64,000 nt of DNA from Verrucomicrobiota bacterium (GCA_947454705.1 CANGKZ010000005.1:128616-192615); one strand, 5' to 3'; shown: positions 51,301 through 60,060, counted from the stretch's first letter. The notes: generated from the letters alone by a model not told the origin. Program-made: numbers and translations.

Positions 51301-52458
51301 CTAGGATCGGCGTTTCCGAAGTGCGAAGAGTCCCAGCGCGGCGACCGAAATGAGTGCGATGGCCCACTGGAACGGACGCCGGCGGGTGGCTTCGGGCAGG
51401 GGATTGCCCGTCTCCCGAAGCGCAGCTTCCTGCTCGAGCGACTTCTTGGCGCTGTGCCGCACTCGGAACAGGAGGGAGCGATCATCCTTTTGCAGCCATT
51501 GATTCGTGGTCCGGTATTCGAGTGCCGCGATTCCCTGATCGCCGAAGCGCCGATCCTCCATTTCGTAAATTCCCGCCGTTAGTTCCGGCAGGGGAAGAAT
51601 CGCGGGAATGGCGGCGACGTTGGTCACCGTGCAGGTGAACTCGAACGCGGTGAGCAGATTCGATGACGAGTTGGGATTCAACGTGTCGGGGATAAAGCAC
51701 TGGAATCGGAACTCCGACGGACTGGATCCCTTCTTCCCGTACACCCACCGCCCCAGTCCCGAGGTGTATCCCGAGCTGAACGGAGCCTTGTGTTTCTTGA
51801 CCTGCAGACGCCCTTGGGGATCCCGCACGCCGTAGGTTCCCGGGCTGGTCAGTCGGAGCTCCTCGGGGCGCCCGTCGTGATCCTGTTTGAGGGAATACTG
51901 GGGAAACAGGGCCGGAGTCTCGAACTCATCGAGCTCCACCGAAAACAGGCTGCGGGCGGGTCCGCTGGGATCCCGGAAGGTGCAGCCCGAAAGGAAAGCG
52001 AACCAAAGATGTTGGAGCTCCTGCTCGCGCGAATTCGGGTAGGTGCCCGGATACACGGCGGCCTTGCCCGATGCGAGCGAAGCCGCGACGGAGGAATACT
52101 TGTCGCCCCAGGCCGCTTTGACGGCGACGGGATTCAGGAGGTCCACCCGGAAGATATTGGTCCCGTCGCAGCCGAACTCCTTATCGGTCACGAGCACATT
52201 CGGATTGCCGACATTGTCAGGATCCCGAAGGAAAACCTTCCACTGGCACCCATCCAACTGCACCCGAAACTCGTTGGTCCGCCCCACGCCGGGCGTCGCC
52301 TCCTGCGCCGGAACGAGAAACCGGTACACTCCGCTGACTTCAGTCGCCGCCGCCAGCTCCCCCGAGGACCGTACCGTCAAAATCAAAAGGAGCGCGAGGA
52401 TTGGGAACAGGCCGCAAAAGCAAATGCGACAGCGAAGGGGGAAGTTCTCACGTTTCAT
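51301..52458 (-). CDS. hypothetical secreted protein with a C-terminal TM anchor and basic tail (module 1, gene B1)
   Basis: The ATG at 52458 gives 385 aa with signal peptide MKRENFPLRCRICFCGLFPILALLLILTV. The body looks beta-rich. The C-terminus reads LPEATRRRPFQWAIALISVAALGLFALRKRRS. I recognise no family. Confidence 0.6.
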   Translation of the reverse strand: MKRENFPLRCRICFCGLFPILALLLILTVRSSGELAAATEVSGVYRFLVPAQEATPGVGRTNEFRVQLDGCQWKVFLRDPDNVGNPNVLVTDKEFGCDGTNIFRVDLLNPVAVKAAWGDKYSSVAASLASGKAAVYPGTYPNSREQELQHLWFAFLSGCTFRDPSGPARSLFSVELDEFETPALFPQYSLKQDHDGRPEELRLTSPGTYGVRDPQGRLQVKKHKAPFSSGYTSGLGRWVYGKKGSSPSEFRFQCFIPDTLNPNSSSNLLTAFEFTCTVTNVAAIPAILPLPELTAGIYEMEDRRFGDQGIAALEYRTTNQWLQKDDRSLLFRVRHSAKKSLEQEAALRETGNPLPEATRRRPFQWAIALISVAALGLFALRKRRS

Positions 52459-52584
52459 GCTCAAATGGAGAGGCCGACCGTCAACGACTGCCCTCGCACC
52501 TTGGTTGTTCCGGTGTCGACGGGAGCAGTCATAGGCAGCAGCGAATTGAATCATCCCATTGTTAAACGAAGCGCCTCCCGCCGC

Positions 52585-52604
52585 GCAAAGCCCATGTTTG
52601 GTAC
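52585..52604 (-). promoter_or_regulatory. conserved 20-nt leader motif (minus strand GTACCAAACATGGGCTTTGC), copy upstream of B1
   Basis: It is identical to 54315..54334. It lies ~130 nt upstream of the B1 ATG in the 240-nt gap after the A2 stop. Possible -35 TTGCGC and -10 TTTAAC elements lie immediately downstream on the minus strand. Confidence 0.45.
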
Positions 52605-52697
52605 AGCGGAGGCGAGGGCTGCGTTCCAGGGAGTAAACAACCGCAGAGAGACGTCCTGAGGTGACTCGGCACAAGGTCCGAGAGATTTCGCGGCCAG

Positions 52698-53384
52698 CTA
52701 TTCCGTCGGGTCGGGCGGGGGATTCAAGGGTTCTGCTCGAAGGACGTTTCGAAGGAGGCCCTCTGGATCGCTGGTGGCGAGTTGATTCAGAATTGAGGTC
52801 AATTCCTGAAGATGCTCTTCACGCTGTTTAGTGATCTTGAGGCGGAACGGTTCGAAGTTCGCGGAGAGGCTGTCGATGGTCATTGCCTTCTCGGCAAGTG
52901 GCTTTTCGGGGTCATGGCGGACGTCATCAAACAGCGCTGAGAGTCTCTCCGCATGTGTCGCGAGCATCCGGTTGCATTCGGACACGGTGAAGAGCTGCTT
53001 TAGGATCGGGCGCAGCTGTGCTTTGGAAACATCCGCGGTGATCCCGTTGTTGGTTAGGATTCGATAAACCATCAAGAACTCTGGAATCGGGTGCTCGATG
53101 AGCATCTCACCATCCCGAATTGCCGCCTGGGTGGCGGCAGATTGGGTCCCGGTTACCTGGACTGCTTGCTTGGTGAATCGCGATGGTTCTTTCGCGGTTG
53201 AGGCGCGAGCTGGAGTCGTCGGGAGAATTGAATTTGTAGTTTGCGGAGACGAGCTAGCATTTCCCAACTGCTGGCTGATGCGGGAGGGGACTATTAGAGC
53301 TGCGATCCCGAGAATTAAAAGGACCGCAAGCCCTCGAAGTGAAATCTTCCGTTTTCCTGGTTCAGGAGAGGTGCTATTTGACAT
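52698..53384 (-). CDS. hypothetical membrane-anchored helical protein (module 2, gene A2)
   Basis: The 228-aa protein has an N-terminal TM helix (LRGLAVLLILGIAALIV). The C-terminal ~95 aa are paralogous to 50973..51215. GC content is reduced (hand counts of 48-55%). I recognise no family. Confidence 0.6.
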   Translation of the reverse strand: MSNSTSPEPGKRKISLRGLAVLLILGIAALIVPSRISQQLGNASSSPQTTNSILPTTPARASTAKEPSRFTKQAVQVTGTQSAATQAAIRDGEMLIEHPIPEFLMVYRILTNNGITADVSKAQLRPILKQLFTVSECNRMLATHAERLSALFDDVRHDPEKPLAEKAMTIDSLSANFEPFRLKITKQREEHLQELTSILNQLATSDPEGLLRNVLRAEPLNPPPDPTE

Positions 53385-54147
53385 AACCAATCGTGATGCT
53401 TGGAAGAAGATCCTGAGAAGTTGAATTAAACGAACCCGCGCCGATAAAACTCACTGTTGAAAAGGTCATCGGTGTTATTTGGGTTGTGTAACTCCAAAGT
53501 CCGTTGGTGGAAAAAAGACTACAAGAGGTATTGAAAACATCGGTGGCCGCTTCCAATTTCACAATTACGGAAGTGGGATATTTTAGTCTATATTGGGCGT
53601 ACTTAGCGGCATCCACTCTGATTTTGAGCTTTGTTGGGGTAACGACGAGAGACTTTTCCATCACGGGTTTTCCAGTGGCATCTCGGGTTACGCAAGTCCA
53701 GTTGAGTCGGCCTATGTCGTGATAGAACGGATTAGTGTCCACGGGAGATGTTGTAGCGCCATTTTCATTTTCCGTGGTTACATAGCTCTCCCAGATATCG
53801 GATGTGGGGTTTGCTGAGTTTAAATAGTGGTGCTTCGTTATTGTGACCTGTGAGGCCGGGACACCATTATTATAGAAAATTGTCTTGTGCACCTCCAAGT
53901 AGTCTTGGACGCAAACGGATGCGGTAAGAATTGAGTAATCTTGTGCGATGGAGACGCCAAGCTTGATGGCCTCTGTTGCAGCGCCGATCACGGCATCCTT
54001 GGAAGCTAGAACTGGATTTGCGAAGCGGTCGGGAGGCGGGAGTTCGGCGGCGAGTTTGGCTTCGAGGATCGAAACCGCCGGAATCAGGAGCGCGATGGCG
54101 ATGGTAACGGTTCTGCAGTTCCGCTGTAGGGGCTTTGTGTTCGTCAT
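53374..54147 (-). CDS. hypothetical secreted Thr/Ser/Asn-rich protein (module 2, gene B2) in a low-GC islet
   Basis: The ATG at 54147 gives 257 aa with a signal/TM (TVTIAIALLIPAVSILEA). Hand counts of three 60-nt lines gave 40-43% GC, against above 60% in the flanks. Its stop overlaps the A2 start by 11 nt. I recognise no family. Confidence 0.55.
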   Translation of the reverse strand: MTNTKPLQRNCRTVTIAIALLIPAVSILEAKLAAELPPPDRFANPVLASKDAVIGAATEAIKLGVSIAQDYSILTASVCVQDYLEVHKTIFYNNGVPASQVTITKHHYLNSANPTSDIWESYVTTENENGATTSPVDTNPFYHDIGRLNWTCVTRDATGKPVMEKSLVVTPTKLKIRVDAAKYAQYRLKYPTSVIVKLEAATDVFNTSCSLFSTNGLWSYTTQITPMTFSTVSFIGAGSFNSTSQDLLPSITIGYVK

Positions 54148-54314
54148 GGAGGAGGTGGTGGTGGGTGGGTGGTTTCTAGATGTCGGATAATCCTGGAGCG
54201 GCACTTGGATTCAGGTTTCTGCCAGCGTCGAAGTTGAACGGGCTTGTTGGGGCTTTGGCGCTGAAGTGTCGTTTCAGAAAGCATTTCGTTTATACCCGAA
54301 GAATCGAACGCCCG

Positions 54315-54334
54315 GCAAAGCCCATGTTTGGTAC
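54315..54334 (-). promoter_or_regulatory. conserved 20-nt leader motif (minus strand GTACCAAACATGGGCTTTGC), copy upstream of B2
   Basis: It is identical to 52585..52604 and lies ~170 nt upstream of the B2 ATG. A minus-strand TTGCCG, an 18-nt spacer and TATAAA (54289-54294) follow. Confidence 0.45.
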
Positions 54335-54567
54335 GTTTCGGCGGTTCCGCGTGAGCCCGGAGGGGTGGGTTTCTACGGGGCCACGCTTAGGGTGTTGCCG
54401 GAAGGCGGAGGCCGAGTTCCAGCGGGAAAGACCGGAGTTGTTCAGCGGCACATCGAGCCTGATGCGGGGAGGTGCTGAACGCGGCCGGGGCGATGGAAAA
54501 GAGCGAGCGAGCCGCATTTTTGGAGGCCGGTCGCGGGAGTGCTTGCTGGATTCCGCGGGGAGGGGGA

Positions 54568-54600
54568 GGGGGGCCTGAGTGGTGCCAGCGGGAGGAATCG
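54568..54600 (-). repeat. direct repeat of the tRNA(CAT) 3' end plus its downstream flank (att-like site)
   Basis: GGGGGGCCTGAGTGGTGCCAGCGGGAGGAATCG matches 60061..60093 (GGGAGGCTTGAGTGGTGCCAGCGGGAGGAATCG) at 31 of 33 positions. The 25-nt core is identical and the orientation is the same. Confidence 0.7.
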
Positions 54601-55029
54601 CGGAAGGTTCAAACGCGCCAACGTCAGCTCCGCGGGGTTTTAGTTTTCCACGACTCGACGGTTTTTCGCCGATCCGTTCACTGCCAAACTGAGGGGTCGC
54701 TCCGGTTGGAACGACATGGAGTTATTGGATGGTGGATAGCCGGATGGGTCTCACGGAATGCTTGCAGTTCGGCTTCGCCCCGTACTTTTGCTAAACTTTG
54801 CCGGGAAGCTGTCGATGCAGGGATAGGGTGCGTGCGACCTGGTCGCGGGTGCTGTCCATTTCGATCGGGACTCTGGGACTGAAAGAATTGGGCGAATCCC
54901 GAATCCTGGAACCGGCCACGGTGCCGCGCCGAGACGAAGAGGAGAACTCCGGGAACACTTGGCGGGGTGCCTCCGGATCCCGGCAATTGTGTTGGAGCGG
55001 GGCTTCCGCAACCCTGTCCGGATTATTCC

Positions 55030-58000
55030 ATGCCCGTATTCCCAGAGCGCCATTGCCAAATCGCTTACCGGATTCTTCGACTTGCCTGTCTGCTGGCTTG
55101 GATTCCGGCGAGTCTGCTGGCTGAGGGCAATCGCTCCACCCTGACCAATCTGGCCCAGGTGCGGGCGCTCTCCGTGAAGGAAGCTTCCAAGGCGCACCCG
55201 GTTTCCGTGGTGGCCATCATCTCGGGCAACGGGGCCATCCGGTTTCTTCATGACGCGACGGGCAGCTGCTATCTGCCCTGCGATGCGCTTTCCAAGTATC
55301 CGATTGGCGCGCGGGTGCAGGTGGATGGCGTGACCGATCCGGGCGACTTCTCCCCCTTCATCAAGGGCACCAATGGCCCCGGGGTTCGGCCGCCCCGCCT
55401 GACCATTCTAGGCACCGGACCGCTTCCCCCGGCGACCCCGGTGTCCGGTCGGGAATTGCGGCATGCGCAGGTGGATTGCGCGCGACTGGCATTGACCGGT
55501 GTCGTGCGGACGGTCGATCGCCAGCCCGCCGACGATGCAGTCCTCGCCAGCGTCGATGTGGACGGATTCCGAATCGATGTCAGCTGCACCGGTATTGACG
55601 GTCCTGCCGGTCGCCTCACCCGGGGCAGCGTCATCCGGGTGGAGGGCACCTACAGCTGTGCGTTCAACCTGCGGCGACAGCTGTGGACAGGCGGCTTTCT
55701 CTACACCACCAGCGGTCAGGTGCGCTTGCTGGAGCAGCCCTCGACCACGGAGTTCTCCCTTCCGCCGATTGCCATCAACGACATCGGGCGATTTTCCCCC
55801 AATAGCCGGTCGGATCTGATTCATATTTCCGGAACGGTCACCGCCGTTCGTGAAGGGGAGGGACTCTTTGTCGAAGATGAAACCGGTTCCTGCTGGGTGG
55901 AGATTCCGGTGCGAAAGGAATATCGCGTGGGGGAGAAAGTCGATGCGGTGGGGTTTCCAGTGCTGAAGCGATCCACGACTACGCTGGAGGATGTGGTTCT
56001 CCGGCATGCGGGCCTTGGCACTCTGCCACCCCCGCAGCCGATCGCGCAGGTGGCCGAGGTGCTGGGGAATTTTGCATCCGGAAGCCCGCTTGATCACGAC
56101 GGGCGCCGTGTCCGCATCCGCGCACACGTGGACAATTATCTCCGCCTACCCAAAGGGATTCTGATCCTGCTCTCCGAGCTGCCCCATGAATTCGCCGGGG
56201 AACTGGGCTCGACGGATATAGAGTCCCTTCCCAGGCGGTTTCCGCCCGGATCGCTGGTGGATATGACCGGGGTGCTGCGGGTCGAACACGACGGTAGCTT
56301 CCGCATCCGGGGTGCCCATCTGCTCATTGCCTCCCCGGACGAGGTGGTCCTGGTCGCTCCGCCGCCGCCGAAGGAGCGGGACCGTTGGATGCTTTTGCTC
56401 AAGGGAGCCGGCGGGATTCTCGCGGTAATGCTGGCCCTGCTCGGTCTGACGTTGAAGAACCGCCGACAATTGCGGATGCGGCTGGTCGAGCAACAGAACA
56501 CGGCGCTGGCATTGAAGGACCGGGAACGGGACCTGTCGAAGATGGTCGAGGCTCGAACCCGCGAACTGCAATCGCACCGGAATTACATCTCGTGCGTCCT
56601 CGATCTCCTGCCAATTCCGCTGTATGTGCGGAACAACGACGGTGAGATCCAGGTGGTCAATACCGCGCTTGCCGAGTGCCTGGGTTTGGGGGGACGCAAC
56701 GTCATCGGAACCCGCGTGACAAACCTCGCCGGCAACTTCCCCATGTTCGCTGAACTGTTCCGGGATACCGGCGAGCCACTCACTCCCGGCGCCGAGACCC
56801 GGATTCATGATGTAAGAATCACCTCAAGTCAGGGCGCGATATTGTGGTATCAGGTGGTGGAATCCACAGTCACCGGCAGCGAAGGCCAGTTGATCCGCCT
56901 CGGCATGGCGATCGACGTGACCGATCGAAAGTCCCATGCGGAGGCTCTGCAGCGTGCCAGAGAGGCTTCCGAGGCCGCCGCCCGTGCCAAATCCATGTTT
57001 GTCGCCAACATGAGCCACGAGATCCGCACCCCGATGAACGGGGTCATTGGCATGCTCAATTTGATGGCCGACACGCCCCTGGACGAGGAGCAGGCGGAGT
57101 TCATCCGCACAGCCAGCAGCAGCGCCGAGGCGCTTCTGTGCGTGGTGGATGACATTCTCGATTTCTCCAAAATGGAGGCGGGAAAACTCCAGCTGGAATG
57201 CGCCCCGTTCGATCTCCTGGAATGCCTGCGCGGTGTCCACGATCTGCTCGTGGAAAAGGCCGCCTTTAAGGGCGTGCACCTGTCCGTGTTGCTGGAGCCT
57301 GACGTCCCCATGGAGCTCCGAGGCGACAGCGGACGCCTGCGCCAGGTCCTGCTGAATCTCGTCGGAAACGCGATCAAGTTTACCCAGGCGGGGTCGGTCA
57401 CCGTGCGGGTGGAGATCGAGGAATTGACGACGGCCGACATCGTGCTGCGGTTCCTGGTCTCCGACACCGGAATCGGAATGTCGGACGACGTGGTTCGTTC
57501 GCTGTTCCAGCCCTTTTATCAGGCGGATTCCTCCTCCACGCGGCGATATGGAGGGACCGGGCTCGGGCTTACCATCAGCAAGAAGCTGATCGAATGCATG
57601 AGCGGCAGCATTGAGGTGCGAAGTCGCAAAGGAAAGGGCAGCGACTTCCGGTTCACGGCCCGCTTCAATGTTCACGCGAGCGCCGAGAGTTCACAGAAAC
57701 CCGGCGGAATCCCGGAGGCGTCCTATGTGGTGTCTTCAGGAAACCCCGAGCTCGCGCAGCATCTGATCGATCATCTGAGCGAGTATCAGCCGACGCGCGT
57801 TCGCGTGATTTCTCCGCAGCACCTCGGTGCCACGGCCGCGGCCCTGGACCCGAACACGATTGTGCTGCTCGATGTCCCACCTCTCGCCAAATCCCTGCCC
57901 ACCCTGCTTCCGGAACTCGTCAACCGCGCCGGGAGGCAACCCCCACGCACCCTGCTGCTTCTGGACGGGCTCAGTCTCCATTTGGGCAACCAGCTGCGCG

Positions 58001-58557
58001 AGTTCCCGTCCACGACGGTGCTGCGGAAACCACTTTCCTTCCGGGAGCTGGTTGCCGCTCTCCAGCGGTTGAGCACGGTCGCCGCATCACCCAGGATGGA
58101 ATCCGGCATCACCCCCGCGGCGGTGCCGCCTCCCGACCCGCTGCCCCGGGAGTCGCAGGGGAAGATCCTGGTGGTCGAAGATCATCCGGTGAACCAACAA
58201 CTCCTGGCCACGCTGTTGCGCAAGGCGGGCTATGCCGTGGTCACGGTACCCGATGGCGTGGCGGCCCTCGGCGCCCTGAGCGAGGGGCCGTTCGATCTGG
58301 TGCTCATGGACTGCCAGCTTCCCCGCATGGACGGACTGGAAGCCACGCGGCGCATCCGGGCCGGCGAAACGGGCACGCCGCAGATCCCGATCTTGGGAGT
58401 TTCAGCCAGCGCCATGCAGCTCGATCGAGACGCATGTGCGCGCGCCGGAATGGACGGATTTGTCAGCAAACCGGTCCAAACCGAGGCCTTGCTCCGGCTC
58501 ATCCGTTCGCATCTGAATCCGACCGGGGCCAACACCTCGGACGGCAGTCAGGCCTGA
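55030..58557 (+). CDS. hybrid sensor histidine kinase / response regulator with a large N-terminal extracytoplasmic domain
   Basis: A signal-like helix and ~440 aa of unassigned sequence precede a TM helix (WMLLLKGAGGILAVMLALLGLTL). A coiled coil, a PAS-like region, HisKA (FVANMSHEIRTPMNGVIGM), HATPase_c (GTGLGLTISKKL) and a C-terminal REC (KILVVEDHPVNQQLL...LVLMDCQLPRMDG) follow. Confidence 0.9.
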   Translation: MPVFPERHCQIAYRILRLACLLAWIPASLLAEGNRSTLTNLAQVRALSVKEASKAHPVSVVAIISGNGAIRFLHDATGSCYLPCDALSKYPIGARVQVDGVTDPGDFSPFIKGTNGPGVRPPRLTILGTGPLPPATPVSGRELRHAQVDCARLALTGVVRTVDRQPADDAVLASVDVDGFRIDVSCTGIDGPAGRLTRGSVIRVEGTYSCAFNLRRQLWTGGFLYTTSGQVRLLEQPSTTEFSLPPIAINDIGRFSPNSRSDLIHISGTVTAVREGEGLFVEDETGSCWVEIPVRKEYRVGEKVDAVGFPVLKRSTTTLEDVVLRHAGLGTLPPPQPIAQVAEVLGNFASGSPLDHDGRRVRIRAHVDNYLRLPKGILILLSELPHEFAGELGSTDIESLPRRFPPGSLVDMTGVLRVEHDGSFRIRGAHLLIASPDEVVLVAPPPPKERDRWMLLLKGAGGILAVMLALLGLTLKNRRQLRMRLVEQQNTALALKDRERDLSKMVEARTRELQSHRNYISCVLDLLPIPLYVRNNDGEIQVVNTALAECLGLGGRNVIGTRVTNLAGNFPMFAELFRDTGEPLTPGAETRIHDVRITSSQGAILWYQVVESTVTGSEGQLIRLGMAIDVTDRKSHAEALQRAREASEAAARAKSMFVANMSHEIRTPMNGVIGMLNLMADTPLDEEQAEFIRTASSSAEALLCVVDDILDFSKMEAGKLQLECAPFDLLECLRGVHDLLVEKAAFKGVHLSVLLEPDVPMELRGDSGRLRQVLLNLVGNAIKFTQAGSVTVRVEIEELTTADIVLRFLVSDTGIGMSDDVVRSLFQPFYQADSSSTRRYGGTGLGLTISKKLIECMSGSIEVRSRKGKGSDFRFTARFNVHASAESSQKPGGIPEASYVVSSGNPELAQHLIDHLSEYQPTRVRVISPQHLGATAAALDPNTIVLLDVPPLAKSLPTLLPELVNRAGRQPPRTLLLLDGLSLHLGNQLREFPSTTVLRKPLSFRELVAALQRLSTVAASPRMESGITPAAVPPPDPLPRESQGKILVVEDHPVNQQLLATLLRKAGYAVVTVPDGVAALGALSEGPFDLVLMDCQLPRMDGLEATRRIRAGETGTPQIPILGVSASAMQLDRDACARAGMDGFVSKPVQTEALLRLIRSHLNPTGANTSDGSQA

Positions 58558-59666
58558 ACAGCCCCGCTGGCCACGCGGCTCTCCACCACACGGGCCACCG
58601 AGTGTGCGAGGTTGGGAATCGAGTCCACCTCGCATTGCGGTCCCAACAGGGAGATGGCGGCGCGTGGCATCGATTCCGCCACCGCGGTTGCCGGATCCTG
58701 GGCAAATACCCTGCCACCCCGTGCCACGATCGCCTGCGCGCCCCGGGCCCCATCGACCCCCAATCCCGTAAGCACGACCCCGACGGAGCTCGCCCCGAAT
58801 CCCTGCGCCATCGTCTGGAACAACGGGGCGGCGGACGGGCGGACGTAGTTGATCTCCGGCGAATTCCGGATCTCGATTTTGCGCCCGCCTTCCGCCACGC
58901 ACAGATGGCGATCGCCGGGGGACAGGTACACCTTTCCGGGTTCAATCGTCTCGCCGTGCACCGCGATCGACACCGGCAGATCGGTCACCTTTGCCAGGGA
59001 ACCCACCATGTGGCGCTGCACCCAATCTGGACCATGCAGGACGATCAAATAGGCCGAACGACGCGACAGGGCACGCGCCTCCACGAATGCCTTGAGGGCC
59101 GGCGGACCGCCGGTGCTCGCCGCAATGCCGACCACCGAAAACGGGGCCATTGCTCCCGGCGGAGTTCCCTCACGCGCCCAGACGGGACGCTCGGGCGCCG
59201 GGGCGGCACTCAATCGAACCGGAGCTGCCGGTTCAGCACTGACCGGAGGCTGCGGGGCGGCGGAGACGGGTACCGCCGCGGGTGTCGGCACCGCCATGGT
59301 GGCCTTCCGACGGGCAAGTCCGCTGTTTAGCCGTTCCAGGAGCTCCACCGGACGCAGCGGTTTGCAAAGAAACTCGTCGGCGCCCGATTGGAGAGCGTGC
59401 AGGCGGGCCTCCTCCGAGCGGAGGGAGGTAAGGACCAACAGGACCGGATGGGGCTTGGGAAGGCGACGGATGGTGCGGACCAGCTCGATGCCATCCAGCT
59501 CGGGCATCATCCAATCCGTCACGACCGCATCGACCGGTGCCTTACTCAAAGCGTCCAGCGCCTCACGTCCATCGCGAACCACTGTCACTGCGTGCGCGCA
59601 ACGACGTAGGGTCACTGCGATGACGGTTGCACTCGCCCGATCGTCCTCTGCCACCAGAATGGTCAT
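58548..59666 (-). CDS. CheB-like protein-glutamate methylesterase with N-terminal receiver domain
   Basis: The REC domain is ILVAEDDRASA...AVVTDWMMPELDG, followed by a Pro/Ala linker. The CheB_methylest domain reads VVGIAASTGGPPAL...LIVLHG...YLSPGDRHL...VVLTGLGVDGARG, with Ser/His/Asp triad positions present by eye. Confidence 0.8.
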   Translation of the reverse strand: MTILVAEDDRASATVIAVTLRRCAHAVTVVRDGREALDALSKAPVDAVVTDWMMPELDGIELVRTIRRLPKPHPVLLVLTSLRSEEARLHALQSGADEFLCKPLRPVELLERLNSGLARRKATMAVPTPAAVPVSAAPQPPVSAEPAAPVRLSAAPAPERPVWAREGTPPGAMAPFSVVGIAASTGGPPALKAFVEARALSRRSAYLIVLHGPDWVQRHMVGSLAKVTDLPVSIAVHGETIEPGKVYLSPGDRHLCVAEGGRKIEIRNSPEINYVRPSAAPLFQTMAQGFGASSVGVVLTGLGVDGARGAQAIVARGGRVFAQDPATAVAESMPRAAISLLGPQCEVDSIPNLAHSVARVVESRVASGAVQA

Positions 59667-60060
59667 GAGCCTCGAAAAGTGTTTCCGCCTCGGTTTCGGA
59701 TCGGAGGCGGGTTGACGCGGAAGAGGGAATAATCCGGTTCTCGAAGGCCGATGTCGAGGGTCGACACTGCCGCGACGAACCCGTGCTTCCGCTTTCGTCC
59801 GGCGACCTTGGCTGTTTTCAAGACCCGCAAGACCAGCCCGGCTTTTGGAGACGGAAACGACTCAGCTAGGAGAGCGTTCGATTCGAGTGACCCGGAAGGG
59901 CGTTCAGAATGTCCTTCGATTGTTTGAGTTTCTGGATCGAATCCACCCAAACTGCCGTGAGGCTCGGGCAGGGTTGAACGAATGGCCTCTTGGTGCCGAA
60001 GAATGAGTTTTGGTCCTCAGTTCACGGCCGAGTTCGTTTTTGGCCGGGAAGGGAAGACGA

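Noticed and set aside
54148-55029. I searched this gap and 59667..60072 for integrase, excisionase or transposase remnants next to the att-like repeats.
   Set aside because: All ORFs there (for example 54180..54578, 54472..54882 and 54751..55251) translate to featureless Arg/Gly/Ser-rich sequence. I saw no tyrosine-recombinase R..H..R..Y pattern or DDE pattern.
59663-59950. A 95-aa TTG-initiated ORF has a stop that overlaps the CheB-like start.
   Set aside because: It has no ATG start, no recognisable motif and locally atypical composition. It is more likely the promoter/5'-UTR region of the CheB-like gene. It remains possible at low probability.
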